From Sedimentisphaerales bacterium (GTDB lineage Bacteria; Planctomycetota; Phycisphaerae; Sedimentisphaerales; Anaerobacaceae), in NCBI GenBank assembly GCA_963708075.1, contig OY970194.1, positions 384,001-448,000 of the forward strand: a stretch of 64,000 nt of DNA, in the 5' to 3' direction. Of the stretch, positions 8,327 to 16,964 are shown one piece after another. Below the pieces are notes generated by a model. That model saw only the letters and a list, made by a program, of their open reading frames with translations. It was not told the origin of the DNA and did no database searches. The translations under genes were made by a program, and so were the position numbers. Positions within the stretch are counted from its first letter, which is position 1, and every line of letters starts with the position of its first letter.

Positions 8327-11251
8327 ATGGAATGGTTGGCGACGCTCGTGTGGCCGTTTCTCCAGTGGCTCTGGCAAACCACCTTGATCGCAAGTCTCGT
8401 GATCTGTCTGATTCTGGTGGTGCAACGATCGCTCGGCCATAGACTCGGCCCGCGCTGGTCACACGCTCTGTGGCTGGTGTTATTGGTCCGCATGGCCGTG
8501 CCCTGGGCGCCTCAAAGCCGAATCAGTCTGCTCCATCTCTTGCCGTCATCGGTCCGGCAAGCCCAGCCGCCGGCGATGTCCACTCTCACTGAGCAAGACC
8601 CGGGTTTTCACTCGGCCGCTGTCTCTGACGCCGCCAAAACGGCGACACTGCAGGAGGCAACGCCCAGCCCATCCGTTCAGAAGGCGGCGCCTCCAAGACC
8701 ACGGACACTTGCCGAAGCTGAGCGGTCCCCGGGACCGCCGTTCCTGCCACTGGGTCGTATTCTGCCTCTGCTTTGGCTGGCCGGGGCGGCGCTCGTCGGC
8801 GCGTACCTTTTCGCCAGTCACTTTGCCCTCTGGCGGATTGTCAAGCGGGAACGTCCATTGGTCGATCAATCGACGCTGGAACTCTTCGAGGAGTGCAAGA
8901 CGCAGATGGGCATTCAGACCCTTGTCGCTGCGGTGCCAAGCGACCAGGTTGCGAGCCCTGCTCTTTTTGGATTCGTCCGCCCGCGTTTGCTCCTGCCCCG
9001 GCAGATGCTCGACACCGCCAGCCGGGACGAAATGCGATACGTCTTTCTCCATGAGCTGGCCCATCTGAGACGCCATGACATCTACCTTGCCTGGGTCGCG
9101 AGCTTGCTGCAGGTTCTGCACTGGTTCAACCCCCTGGTTTGGTTTGCCTTCCATCGCATGCGGATCGACAGGGAAATGGCCTGTGATGCCCTGGTGCTCG
9201 CATACACCGGAGAGCAGGAATCACAGGAGTATGGAAGGGCAATAGTAGCTCTCCTGCAGCGACTGTCCCGGTCACGGCCCCTGCCCGCCATGGCCGGAAT
9301 CCTTGAAACCAAATCCCAACTGAAAAGGAGGATAGCCATGATTGCACGGTTCAAGAACAACTCTTATCGCTGGTCGCCCCTGGCGGTTACCTTGGTTGTC
9401 GTGCTGAGTTGTGCCTCTCTGCCTGACGCCGGATCGCGAAAGGCCGCCCAGCCCTCCACAGCAAATCCAACGGGCGTGTCCGCGTCCCAGCCGGAGGAAA
9501 AGACGGACTTAGCGCCGGACAGGAATGCGTCTGTCGCGCCGCGGGTGACCGGTGTGTCTGCCACCGAAACGGCCTCTCTCGGCGGAGGACTCGTCGCACG
9601 CCGGGTTCTCACGGACGCCTCCGGCGTCGGTGAGGTCTTGACCGCGGATGGCAAGTACATCAGAGGTATAGACTGGGGCACGGGTGACGTGGTCCAGTTC
9701 GAAGTTGCCAGCAGTCAGACGAGTCGAATCACAAATGGGGGACCCTGGACTGGGAACGCCCTCCATGACCAAGCGTTCTCGCGCGACGGAAAACAAATCG
9801 TATACAACGTCGAAAGTTCCGACCCGAATACGAAGGACTGGCTCTATCAACTGCGGATTAGAAACCTGGATGGTTCGGGCCTTCGCACATTTTACAGCGA
9901 GAAAGACTCTTACGTTTATCCCTTGGACTGGTCGCCTGACGCAGGGTCCATCCTCGCATTTCGCCAAGGTAACAAGGTGAGTGAACTAACGCTGATCTCG
10001 ACATCGGATGGCTCGGTGCGCATCCTGGGGAATATTTCTATTCCTACGGGCTGGTTAAGGGCCGGTTTCTCGCCCGATGGGCGATTTGTCGCGTTCAGTT
10101 CCGTGGTGGGTGAGGGCAGTCGACACCAGGGCGAAGTTCGCCTGATGACCGCCGATGGCCGGAATGACGTCGTTGTTGCCGGACATCCCGCGGAGGATCG
10201 ACTGCTTGGATGGACGCCGGACGGGAGAATCCTTGTCTTCCTCAGCGACCGCTCGGGGACGTGGGACATCTGGACCGTCCACATTACCGATGGGAAGCAG
10301 CAAGGAGAACCAGAGCTGCTTAAAAAGGACTTCGGCTATTATTCTGAGGTCTTAGGCTTTGCACCCGACGGCTCCTGTTATTACAAGACTGTCACCCCTT
10401 TAGGTGGCCTCTATAACGGTGTGATCGACATTGAAACTGGTAAGGTACTCGAGCCACCCGCGCTGGTCACAACGCGATATACCGGTCCACCATCACAGCC
10501 AACATGGTCACCCGATGGCAGCAACTTGCTCTACATTTCACGTTGGGGCTTCGGTCCCGGAAAGGACATCCTCACCATCCGGTCCACTGCAACCGGAGAG
10601 GAGCGCCTACTGTCGGGTCTCGGTTTCGTTAACCAGATGTCATGGGCGCCAGACGGCCGTTCCGTTATCGCACTCGGGGGTGTGGGAATCATCCGAATTG
10701 ACACTGAGACAAGCGAGATCACTAAGTTGGCAGATGGAGGCCTTTTCCCCAAGCTCTGCCCTGATGGGAAGACCCTAGTGTTCGCGTCGGGGCCAATCAT
10801 CAGGAAACGCAACCTCGACACCGGTGAGGAGTCGGAAGTTGTCAACGAAGGGACAGGAGGGACAGCGCAATGGTTGTACGACCTCTCGCCGGACGGCCGG
10901 GAAGTGGTGTTCCAAGCGAAAAACGCTGTAAAGACTGTGTCCCTCAACGGAGGGGAGTCGCGGGAGCTATTTCGCGGTTTGACGCAGAATTTCTACTGGC
11001 TGAGATGGACGAGGGACGGCCGTTACATCATCGCCCAAGCACGCAATGCCGCGAGCAGTGAAATCTGGCGGCTTCCGGCGCAGGGCGGGACGCCGCTGAA
11101 GCTGGACCTCTCCGTTCCCAAAATGGAGTCCTTCACGCTTCACCCGGACAACCGCCACTTTGCGCTCACTGTCAATGAGGGGTCCAAGAGCGAGCTCTGG
11201 GTGCTGGAAAACTTCCTGCCGGCGGGCATGGGTGCAAAGGAGTCGCAATAG
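8327..11251 (+). CDS. BlaR1-type M56 metallopeptidase with TolB-like beta-propeller domain (second copy)
   Basis: 'LHELAHLRRHD', 'HWFNPLVW', 'EMACD'; PD40-like 'SPDG' blades closely similar to those in 4545..7511. Confidence 0.9.
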   Translation: MEWLATLVWPFLQWLWQTTLIASLVICLILVVQRSLGHRLGPRWSHALWLVLLVRMAVPWAPQSRISLLHLLPSSVRQAQPPAMSTLTEQDPGFHSAAVSDAAKTATLQEATPSPSVQKAAPPRPRTLAEAERSPGPPFLPLGRILPLLWLAGAALVGAYLFASHFALWRIVKRERPLVDQSTLELFEECKTQMGIQTLVAAVPSDQVASPALFGFVRPRLLLPRQMLDTASRDEMRYVFLHELAHLRRHDIYLAWVASLLQVLHWFNPLVWFAFHRMRIDREMACDALVLAYTGEQESQEYGRAIVALLQRLSRSRPLPAMAGILETKSQLKRRIAMIARFKNNSYRWSPLAVTLVVVLSCASLPDAGSRKAAQPSTANPTGVSASQPEEKTDLAPDRNASVAPRVTGVSATETASLGGGLVARRVLTDASGVGEVLTADGKYIRGIDWGTGDVVQFEVASSQTSRITNGGPWTGNALHDQAFSRDGKQIVYNVESSDPNTKDWLYQLRIRNLDGSGLRTFYSEKDSYVYPLDWSPDAGSILAFRQGNKVSELTLISTSDGSVRILGNISIPTGWLRAGFSPDGRFVAFSSVVGEGSRHQGEVRLMTADGRNDVVVAGHPAEDRLLGWTPDGRILVFLSDRSGTWDIWTVHITDGKQQGEPELLKKDFGYYSEVLGFAPDGSCYYKTVTPLGGLYNGVIDIETGKVLEPPALVTTRYTGPPSQPTWSPDGSNLLYISRWGFGPGKDILTIRSTATGEERLLSGLGFVNQMSWAPDGRSVIALGGVGIIRIDTETSEITKLADGGLFPKLCPDGKTLVFASGPIIRKRNLDTGEESEVVNEGTGGTAQWLYDLSPDGREVVFQAKNAVKTVSLNGGESRELFRGLTQNFYWLRWTRDGRYIIAQARNAASSEIWRLPAQGGTPLKLDLSVPKMESFTLHPDNRHFALTVNEGSKSELWVLENFLPAGMGAKESQ

Positions 11252-11314
11252 CCCCACAACCCATCCGACGCACGACACGGACTTGGGCACAAGATATGAG
11301 AAGAGGAAACGGCT

Positions 11315-11506
11315 ATGGACCAACGGCTGAGAACAATCCAGGAGCGCCTACCGCCCGATATGCCAACCTTCAATGGCCAGGGGGATCTCCTGCTGATTGG
11401 GTTGCTGTGCGGGCTGTCGGTTTTGCTTATTCTGCTGTGGCTGATGGCGGTGTGGCGGTACACACGCACTGCTATGTTGCAGCGGCAATGGCGTCCCGGA
11501 GATTGA
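11315..11506 (+). CDS. possible small single-pass membrane protein
   Basis: 63 aa with one strong hydrophobic stretch and GAGGA upstream; it overlaps the hisA 3' end by 35 bp. Confidence 0.3.
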   Translation: MDQRLRTIQERLPPDMPTFNGQGDLLLIGLLCGLSVLLILLWLMAVWRYTRTAMLQRQWRPGD

Positions 11507-12230
11507 GGGTGCCTTCGTAGAGGCTTCGGCCGACGATGACGCCGGCGACGCCGATGGGCTTGAGCTTACGGATGTCGTCGGCTTCTTTCACGCCGCCGGA
11601 GGCGATGACGGGCGTTTTGACCGCCTTGACCAGGGCGTGGGTCCTCTCGATGTTCGGGCCGGAGAGCATGCCGTCTTTGCTGATGTCGGTGTAGATGATG
11701 GCCGCCAGGGGCAACTCATCGGCTTGAGCGGCAAATTCGAGCAGGGTCTGCGTGCTGCCTTCGATCCAGCCGTGCGTGGCCACTGTGTCGCCGCGGGCGT
11801 CGAGGCCCAGGACCAGTCGGCCGTGAAACTTTCGTGCCATCCGGCTGAACCACTCGAAATCACTCACGGCCTTGGTGCCGATGATAACGCGGGTAACGCC
11901 CAGGTCCAGCAACTGGCGAATCGACGCTTCATCGCGGATGCCGCCCCCGACCTCGATCTGTAGCCAAGCCGCCCCCGGCTGGGAACCAGAAGTCCCCCCC
12001 GAGGGCGGGGGGGCTACATGGGCAATCGCGGAGATTGTCTTCGTATTGACGGGCCGGCCCGCCTTGGCGCCGTCAAGGTCCACGATATGCAGCCACGCGG
12101 CCCCGTCGGCATGGAATTCCCGGGCCTGCTCGACCGGGTCGTCCTTATACGTGATCTGCCGGTCGTACTGACCCTGGATCAGCCGCACGCATTTGCCGTC
12201 TATCAGATCAATGGCGGGGATAATGTCCAT
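11472..12230 (-). CDS. hisA: ProFAR isomerase HisA, with an in-frame 20-codon palindrome insertion
   Basis: 'IIPAIDLIDGKCVRL.QG', 'LHIVDLDGA', 'EVGGGIRD', 'TDISKDGMLSGPN', 'IASGG'. Confidence 0.97.
   Translation of the reverse strand: MDIIPAIDLIDGKCVRLIQGQYDRQITYKDDPVEQAREFHADGAAWLHIVDLDGAKAGRPVNTKTISAIAHVAPPPSGGTSGSQPGAAWLQIEVGGGIRDEASIRQLLDLGVTRVIIGTKAVSDFEWFSRMARKFHGRLVLGLDARGDTVATHGWIEGSTQTLLEFAAQADELPLAAIIYTDISKDGMLSGPNIERTHALVKAVKTPVIASGGVKEADDIRKLKPIGVAGVIVGRSLYEGTLNLRDAIAAAT
11959..12018. repeat. 60-bp palindromic element inside hisA
   Basis: Bounded by TGTAGCC...GGCTACA, with internal hairpins; homologous to the intergenic element at 31170-31220. Confidence 0.8.
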
Positions 12231-12251
12231 TCGTGCCCTTCGCAATTGACT

Positions 12252-12314
12252 ATTTACCATTTACGATTTACGATTTAGCCTCGAATGATAAATCGTAAAT
12301 CGTAAATGGTAAAT
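12252..12314. repeat. perfect 26-bp inverted repeat built from ATTTAC[CG] heptamers, 11-nt loop
   Basis: atttaccatttacgatttacgattta-gcctcgaatga-taaatcgtaaatcgtaaatggtaaat, in the divergent hisA/hydrolase gap. Confidence 0.95.
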
Positions 12315-12335
12315 GGCAAAAGCTGGAGGCCGATT

Positions 12336-13358
12336 ATGACCATGCGATCTTACTACTCTACCAGGTTTCTCCTGTTGGCTCTTCTGGCCGTTGTGGTGAA
12401 TCTCGGACTCGCCCGCCGGGTCGAATCCGCGGTCCCATTGCCCGTCATCCTCGATACGGACCTCTGCGATGACATCGACGACACCTGGGCGATCGCGGCG
12501 ATGCTTCAGTCGCCGGAGCTGGACTGCAAGCTGATCACGACGGCGGTCGGCAACACAGAGGCTAAAGCAAAGGTCGTGGCCAAATACCTGCAGCGGGTCG
12601 GCCGGACGAAGATCGCCGTGGGCATCGGTGTCAAGCAGGGCGATGGTGTTCACCGGCATACCTCCTGGGCTCAGGAGTATGACTTGGCGTCCTATCCGGG
12701 CAAAGTCCACAGGGACGGCGTACAGGCGATCATCGACACGATCATGAACTCACCCACCCGCATCACGCTCATTGCGATCGGTCCATTGCCGAACGTGGCG
12801 GAGGCCCTGAAACGCGAGCCCCGGATCGCCGAAAAGGCCGATTTTGTCGGCATGCACGGCAGCGTCTATCGGGGCTACGGCAGCGAGAAACCCGACGCCG
12901 AGTACAACGTGAAGGCGGATGTCGAGGCGGCCAAGAAGGTCTTCACGGCCCCGTGGCCGATGACGATCACGCCCCTGGACACCTGCGGTCTCGTCGTCGT
13001 CGATGGCGACAAGTACCAGAAGGTGCTCAAGAAGAATAGTCCCATTACGACCAATCTGATCGAGAACTATCGGATATGGTACAAGGCCGGCTTGAAGGAC
13101 CGCAAGGACCTCGACGAGGCGGGCCTCAACCGCCTCGTGGACGAGAAGATCAACAACAGCAGCTCGACGCTGTTCGACACTGTGGCGATTTACCTGGCCG
13201 TCAGCAGACAACTGGTCGAAATGGAAAAACTGCCCATTCGCATCACCGATGACGGCTTCACACGCGTCGAGAATGGGGCCAAGATGGTCAACTGTGCGGT
13301 GAAGTGGAAGGACCTGGACGGCTACGAAAGCTGGCTTGTGGAGCGGCTCACGAAGTAA
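12336..13358 (+). CDS. inosine/uridine-preferring nucleoside hydrolase family protein with signal peptide
   Basis: 'ILDTDLCDDIDD' (DxDxxxDD), 'IAIGPLPNVA', 'AEYNV..D.EAA..VF', 'PLDTC'; hydrophobic N-terminus; GGAGG RBS. Confidence 0.9.
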   Translation: MTMRSYYSTRFLLLALLAVVVNLGLARRVESAVPLPVILDTDLCDDIDDTWAIAAMLQSPELDCKLITTAVGNTEAKAKVVAKYLQRVGRTKIAVGIGVKQGDGVHRHTSWAQEYDLASYPGKVHRDGVQAIIDTIMNSPTRITLIAIGPLPNVAEALKREPRIAEKADFVGMHGSVYRGYGSEKPDAEYNVKADVEAAKKVFTAPWPMTITPLDTCGLVVVDGDKYQKVLKKNSPITTNLIENYRIWYKAGLKDRKDLDEAGLNRLVDEKINNSSSTLFDTVAIYLAVSRQLVEMEKLPIRITDDGFTRVENGAKMVNCAVKWKDLDGYESWLVERLTK

Positions 13359-13373
13359 TTCCGAATTGTGACT

Positions 13374-13452
13374 GGGTGCCATGCTTACGCTTGCGTAAGC
13401 ATGCCTTGCCCATCGAAGCAGACATGTCTACGCGAGCGTAGACATGTCACCC
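13374..13452. repeat. REP-like doublet (GGGTGCCATGCTTACGCTnGCGTAAGCATG family)
   Basis: Two hairpins inside a terminal inverted repeat. Near-identical copy at 37708-37785; a further copy is split by the IS at 32285/33780-33810. Confidence 0.9.
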
Positions 13453-13495
13453 GCTCAGTGGCCGGCACGACAAGTTTGTAGCAGGAGAGGCAAGT

Positions 13496-14419
13496 ATCGG
13501 CGGCGAAGACGTCAAAATCGTAGTTGTCGGCAGTTCCAACATGGACCTGGTCGTCAAGTCCGCGCGGATTCCGGTGCCGGGCGAGACGATCCTGGGCGGG
13601 GACTTTTTCATGGTCCCCGGCGGCAAGGGCGCGAACCAGGCGGTGGCTGCCGCCCGGCTCGGGGCGCGCGTGTGCTTCGTGACCCGGCTCGGCGACGATC
13701 TTTTCGGCCGCAAGTCCCTGGAGAACTTCCAGCGAGAGGGTCTGGACACAAGATTCGTGACGCTGACTTCGCACACGCCGTCCGGCGTGGCACTCATCAC
13801 CGTAGATGAGATCGGCAACAACGCCATCGTCGTGGCGCCCGGGGCCAACGCGAAGCTCTCGCCCGAGGACGTGTACCGGGCAGAAGCGGAGATCCGCTCG
13901 GCCGGCGCTGTGGTCGTGCAGCTCGAAGTGCCCATGATGACGGTGCAATGCGCTGCGGAACTGGCCAACGAGGCCGGCGTGCCGTTCATTCTGAATCCCG
14001 CTCCGGCACAGAAGCTTTGCCCGGCGCTGCTGGCCCGAGTGGAAGTGCTCACGCCGAATGAGACGGAAGCCCAGATCCTCACCGGCATCGAGGTCACCGA
14101 CAATGATTCGGCCCGCAAGGCCGCCGAACGGTTGTTGACCACTGGCGTCAAGGCGGTCATCCTGACAATGGGCGTCAAGGGATTCCTGCTGGCCGCCGCC
14201 GACATGATGGAGTTCGTCCCGGCGTTGAAGGTCAAGGCGATCGACGCAACCGCGGCGGGCGATGCCTTTACGGGCAGCCTGGCGGTCAGTGTGGCCCAGG
14301 GCCGGCCGCTCCGCGACGCGGCCGCGTTTGCCAACCGCGTTGCCGCCTTGTGCGTGACCAGAATGGGCGCCCAGCCGTCGATGCCCACGAGAGAAGAGGT
14401 CGAGGAGTTCGCTGCGTAA
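13496..14419 (+). CDS. rbsK: ribokinase (start codon uncertain)
   Basis: 'KIVVVGSSNMD', 'PGGKGANQAVAAARLG', 'LTPNETEA', 'DATAAGDAF'. Conserved sequence extends upstream of the ATG at 13541. Confidence 0.93.
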   Translation: MGGEDVKIVVVGSSNMDLVVKSARIPVPGETILGGDFFMVPGGKGANQAVAAARLGARVCFVTRLGDDLFGRKSLENFQREGLDTRFVTLTSHTPSGVALITVDEIGNNAIVVAPGANAKLSPEDVYRAEAEIRSAGAVVVQLEVPMMTVQCAAELANEAGVPFILNPAPAQKLCPALLARVEVLTPNETEAQILTGIEVTDNDSARKAAERLLTTGVKAVILTMGVKGFLLAAADMMEFVPALKVKAIDATAAGDAFTGSLAVSVAQGRPLRDAAAFANRVAALCVTRMGAQPSMPTREEVEEFAA

Positions 14420-14444
14420 ACAGGTGTGGTTCGAGGAGAATGTA

Positions 14445-15428
14445 ATGAGTCATAGAAAGACATGGATCTGTCGCGTTTTCATGGTATTCGCGGTTCTGGG
14501 CTTGGTCCTCGCCTGTGGCTGTCGCGAAAAAACAGGTGTGCAGGGCAATGCGAAGAAACCAACCATCGTTCTCATGATGAAGTCCCTGGCCAACGAATTC
14601 TTCAAGACGATGGAAGAGGGGGCCAGGGCCCACCACGCGCAGCACGCGGGTGAGTACAACCTGAAAGTGGTGGGCATGAAGAACGAGACGGACGTCGCCG
14701 AGCAGATCACCAATATGGAGTTGATCGTGGCGCAGGGGGCGGATGCCATCGTCATTGCGCCCGCTGATTCCAAGGCTCTGGTCTCCGTCTGCAAGCGCGC
14801 CATGGACGCCGGCATCGTCGTGGTCAATATCGACAACAAGTTCGATCAAAGTGTACTCGAGGACAAGGACGCGAAGATTCCTTTCGTCGGTCCGGACAAC
14901 CGCAAGGGGGCGAGACTGGCCGGCGTGTATCTGGCCAAGAAACTGCAGGCGGGCGATAAAGTCGCCATCATCGAGGGCGCCCCGAACGCCTTCAACGGCA
15001 TTCAGCGAAAGCTCGGCTTCGAGGACGCCATGAGTGCCGCAGGCATGAACATCGTCAGCTCCCAGACGGGCTACTGGGAGACGGACAAGGCCCTGCCGGT
15101 CGCCTCGGCGATGGTCAACGAGCACCCGGACCTCAAGGCGATCCTCTGTGCCAATGACAGCATGGCCCTCGGGGCCGTGGCGTCCGTGCACGAGGCGGGC
15201 AAGCAGGAGAGCATCCACGTGGTCGGCTTCGACAACATCGCGGCCGTGCAGCGGCTGCTCAAAGAGGGCAGGATTCTCTGCACGGTGGACCAGCATGCCG
15301 ATAAGCTCGCCTTGTTCGGCATCGAATATGCCCTGGAGATGCTCAAAGGCAACGCTCAACCCGCCGACAAGGAGACACCGGTCGATCTGATTACGGCGGA
15401 GATGCTCCAGACGCCCACGCAGAAATGA
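14445..15428 (+). CDS. rbsB: ribose-type sugar ABC transporter substrate-binding lipoprotein
   Basis: Lipobox 'LACGC', 'KSLANEFF', 'FVGPDN..GA', 'CANDSMALGA', 'VVGFD'; operon context. Confidence 0.85.
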   Translation: MSHRKTWICRVFMVFAVLGLVLACGCREKTGVQGNAKKPTIVLMMKSLANEFFKTMEEGARAHHAQHAGEYNLKVVGMKNETDVAEQITNMELIVAQGADAIVIAPADSKALVSVCKRAMDAGIVVVNIDNKFDQSVLEDKDAKIPFVGPDNRKGARLAGVYLAKKLQAGDKVAIIEGAPNAFNGIQRKLGFEDAMSAAGMNIVSSQTGYWETDKALPVASAMVNEHPDLKAILCANDSMALGAVASVHEAGKQESIHVVGFDNIAAVQRLLKEGRILCTVDQHADKLALFGIEYALEMLKGNAQPADKETPVDLITAEMLQTPTQK

Positions 15429-16945
15429 TGACAGAGCCCACGACTGACAAGCTGCTCGTTGCGACCGGGATCGATAAGGCCTTTCCGGGCGTGCAGGCGC
15501 TGTCGGGCGTCGATTTCGAGCTTCGCGCGGGCGAGGTCCATGCCCTTGTCGGCGAGAACGGGGCGGGCAAGAGCACGCTGACCCGGATCATCGCGGGAGT
15601 GGAGACGGCCGACGCGGGACAGATGCTCCTGGCGGGCCGGCCTTATCAGCCGAGGTCGCGGACGCACGCGGAGGTCCACGGCGTCCGCATGGTCATGCAG
15701 GAATTGAATCTGATCGGTAACCTGACCGTCGCGGAGAATATCTTTATCGAGAGGCTTCCAAACCGGCTCGGATTCATCAACTATGAGAAACTCCACCAGG
15801 CGGCGCGGGACGTGATGGCGAAGGTTGGCCTGGAGGGGGTGGACCCGGCCACGCCCGTACGGTCGCTCGGCGTCGGCCGTCAGCAGATGGTCGAGATCGC
15901 CGCGGGACTGTCTCGCCGGTGCCGGGTACTTGCCCTCGATGAGCCCACGGCCTCGCTGACGGACAGCGAGGTATCCCTGCTGTTTTCCCAGATTCGCCGG
16001 CTCAAGGCCGAGGGCGTCGGCATCCTCTACATCTCGCACCGCATTGAAGAGGTGCTGAGCATCGCCGACCGCGTGACCATCCTGCGGGATGGCAGGGTCG
16101 TGGCGACGCATTCGAGCCGGGACGTCGATGCGGACGCGGTGATTCGCATGATGGTCGGCCGGGACCTGCAGCGCGAGCACCTGGCGCCGTCCGGCGGGGC
16201 GGGCAAGCCGGCCCTGCGCGTCGTGGGGCTCACCCGTGGCGACAAGGTCCGGGACGTCTCCTTCGAGGCCCGCTGTGGCGAGATCCTGGGCATCGCCGGG
16301 CTCATGGGGTCCGGCCGAACGGAAACAATGCGAGCGATCTTCGGCGCCGATAAGCCCGAATCCGGCGCCATCTACCTGCACGGCAGCGATCGGCCCGCCC
16401 GCATTCGAAAGCCGAGCGATGCTGTCCGCAACCGCATTGCTCTGCTGACCGAGGACCGCAAGGAGCAGGGGCTGTTTCTCACCTTGCCCGTGCGAGCGAA
16501 CATCTCCATCGCCAGGCTCTGCAGTATAAGCCGGCTTGGCTGGATCAAGCGTTCCTGTGAGCGGCAGGTGGCCCGCCGGTACATCGATTCGCTGGGGATC
16601 AGGGCGTGGTCCGCCGAACAGCCCGTCGGCCAGCTCAGCGGCGGGAATCAGCAGAAGGTCGTCATCGCCAAATGGTTGTTCCGCGACTGCGACATCCTCA
16701 TTTTCGACGAGCCGACCCGCGGCATCGACGTCGGGGCCAAATTCGAGATCTACCGAATGCTGGCCGAGCTCGCCGGCAGGGGCAAAGCCATCCTTTTCGT
16801 CTCCTCCGACCTCAAGGAGCTCATGGCGGTCTGCAACCGGGTTCTCGTCATGTCCGCCGGCCGGGTCGCCGGGACTTTCGAGCGGGGCCAGTGGACGGAA
16901 GAGGCCATCACCGCCTCCGCGTTCAGCGGGTACATCAAGGGCTGA
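15425..16945 (+). CDS. rbsA: sugar ABC transporter ATP-binding protein (two ABC domains)
   Basis: 'GENGAGKSTL', 'LDEPTASL', 'LSGGNQQKV', 'DEPTRGIDVGAK'. Confidence 0.9.
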   Translation: MMTEPTTDKLLVATGIDKAFPGVQALSGVDFELRAGEVHALVGENGAGKSTLTRIIAGVETADAGQMLLAGRPYQPRSRTHAEVHGVRMVMQELNLIGNLTVAENIFIERLPNRLGFINYEKLHQAARDVMAKVGLEGVDPATPVRSLGVGRQQMVEIAAGLSRRCRVLALDEPTASLTDSEVSLLFSQIRRLKAEGVGILYISHRIEEVLSIADRVTILRDGRVVATHSSRDVDADAVIRMMVGRDLQREHLAPSGGAGKPALRVVGLTRGDKVRDVSFEARCGEILGIAGLMGSGRTETMRAIFGADKPESGAIYLHGSDRPARIRKPSDAVRNRIALLTEDRKEQGLFLTLPVRANISIARLCSISRLGWIKRSCERQVARRYIDSLGIRAWSAEQPVGQLSGGNQQKVVIAKWLFRDCDILIFDEPTRGIDVGAKFEIYRMLAELAGRGKAILFVSSDLKELMAVCNRVLVMSAGRVAGTFERGQWTEEAITASAFSGYIKG

Positions 16946-16964
16946 AGAAGGGAAAGGGCATCGC

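Noticed and set aside
5708..11251. Diversity-generating retroelement template/variable repeat pair
   Set aside because: Both copies are coding, the differences include indels and all base types, and there is no reverse transcriptase in the window.
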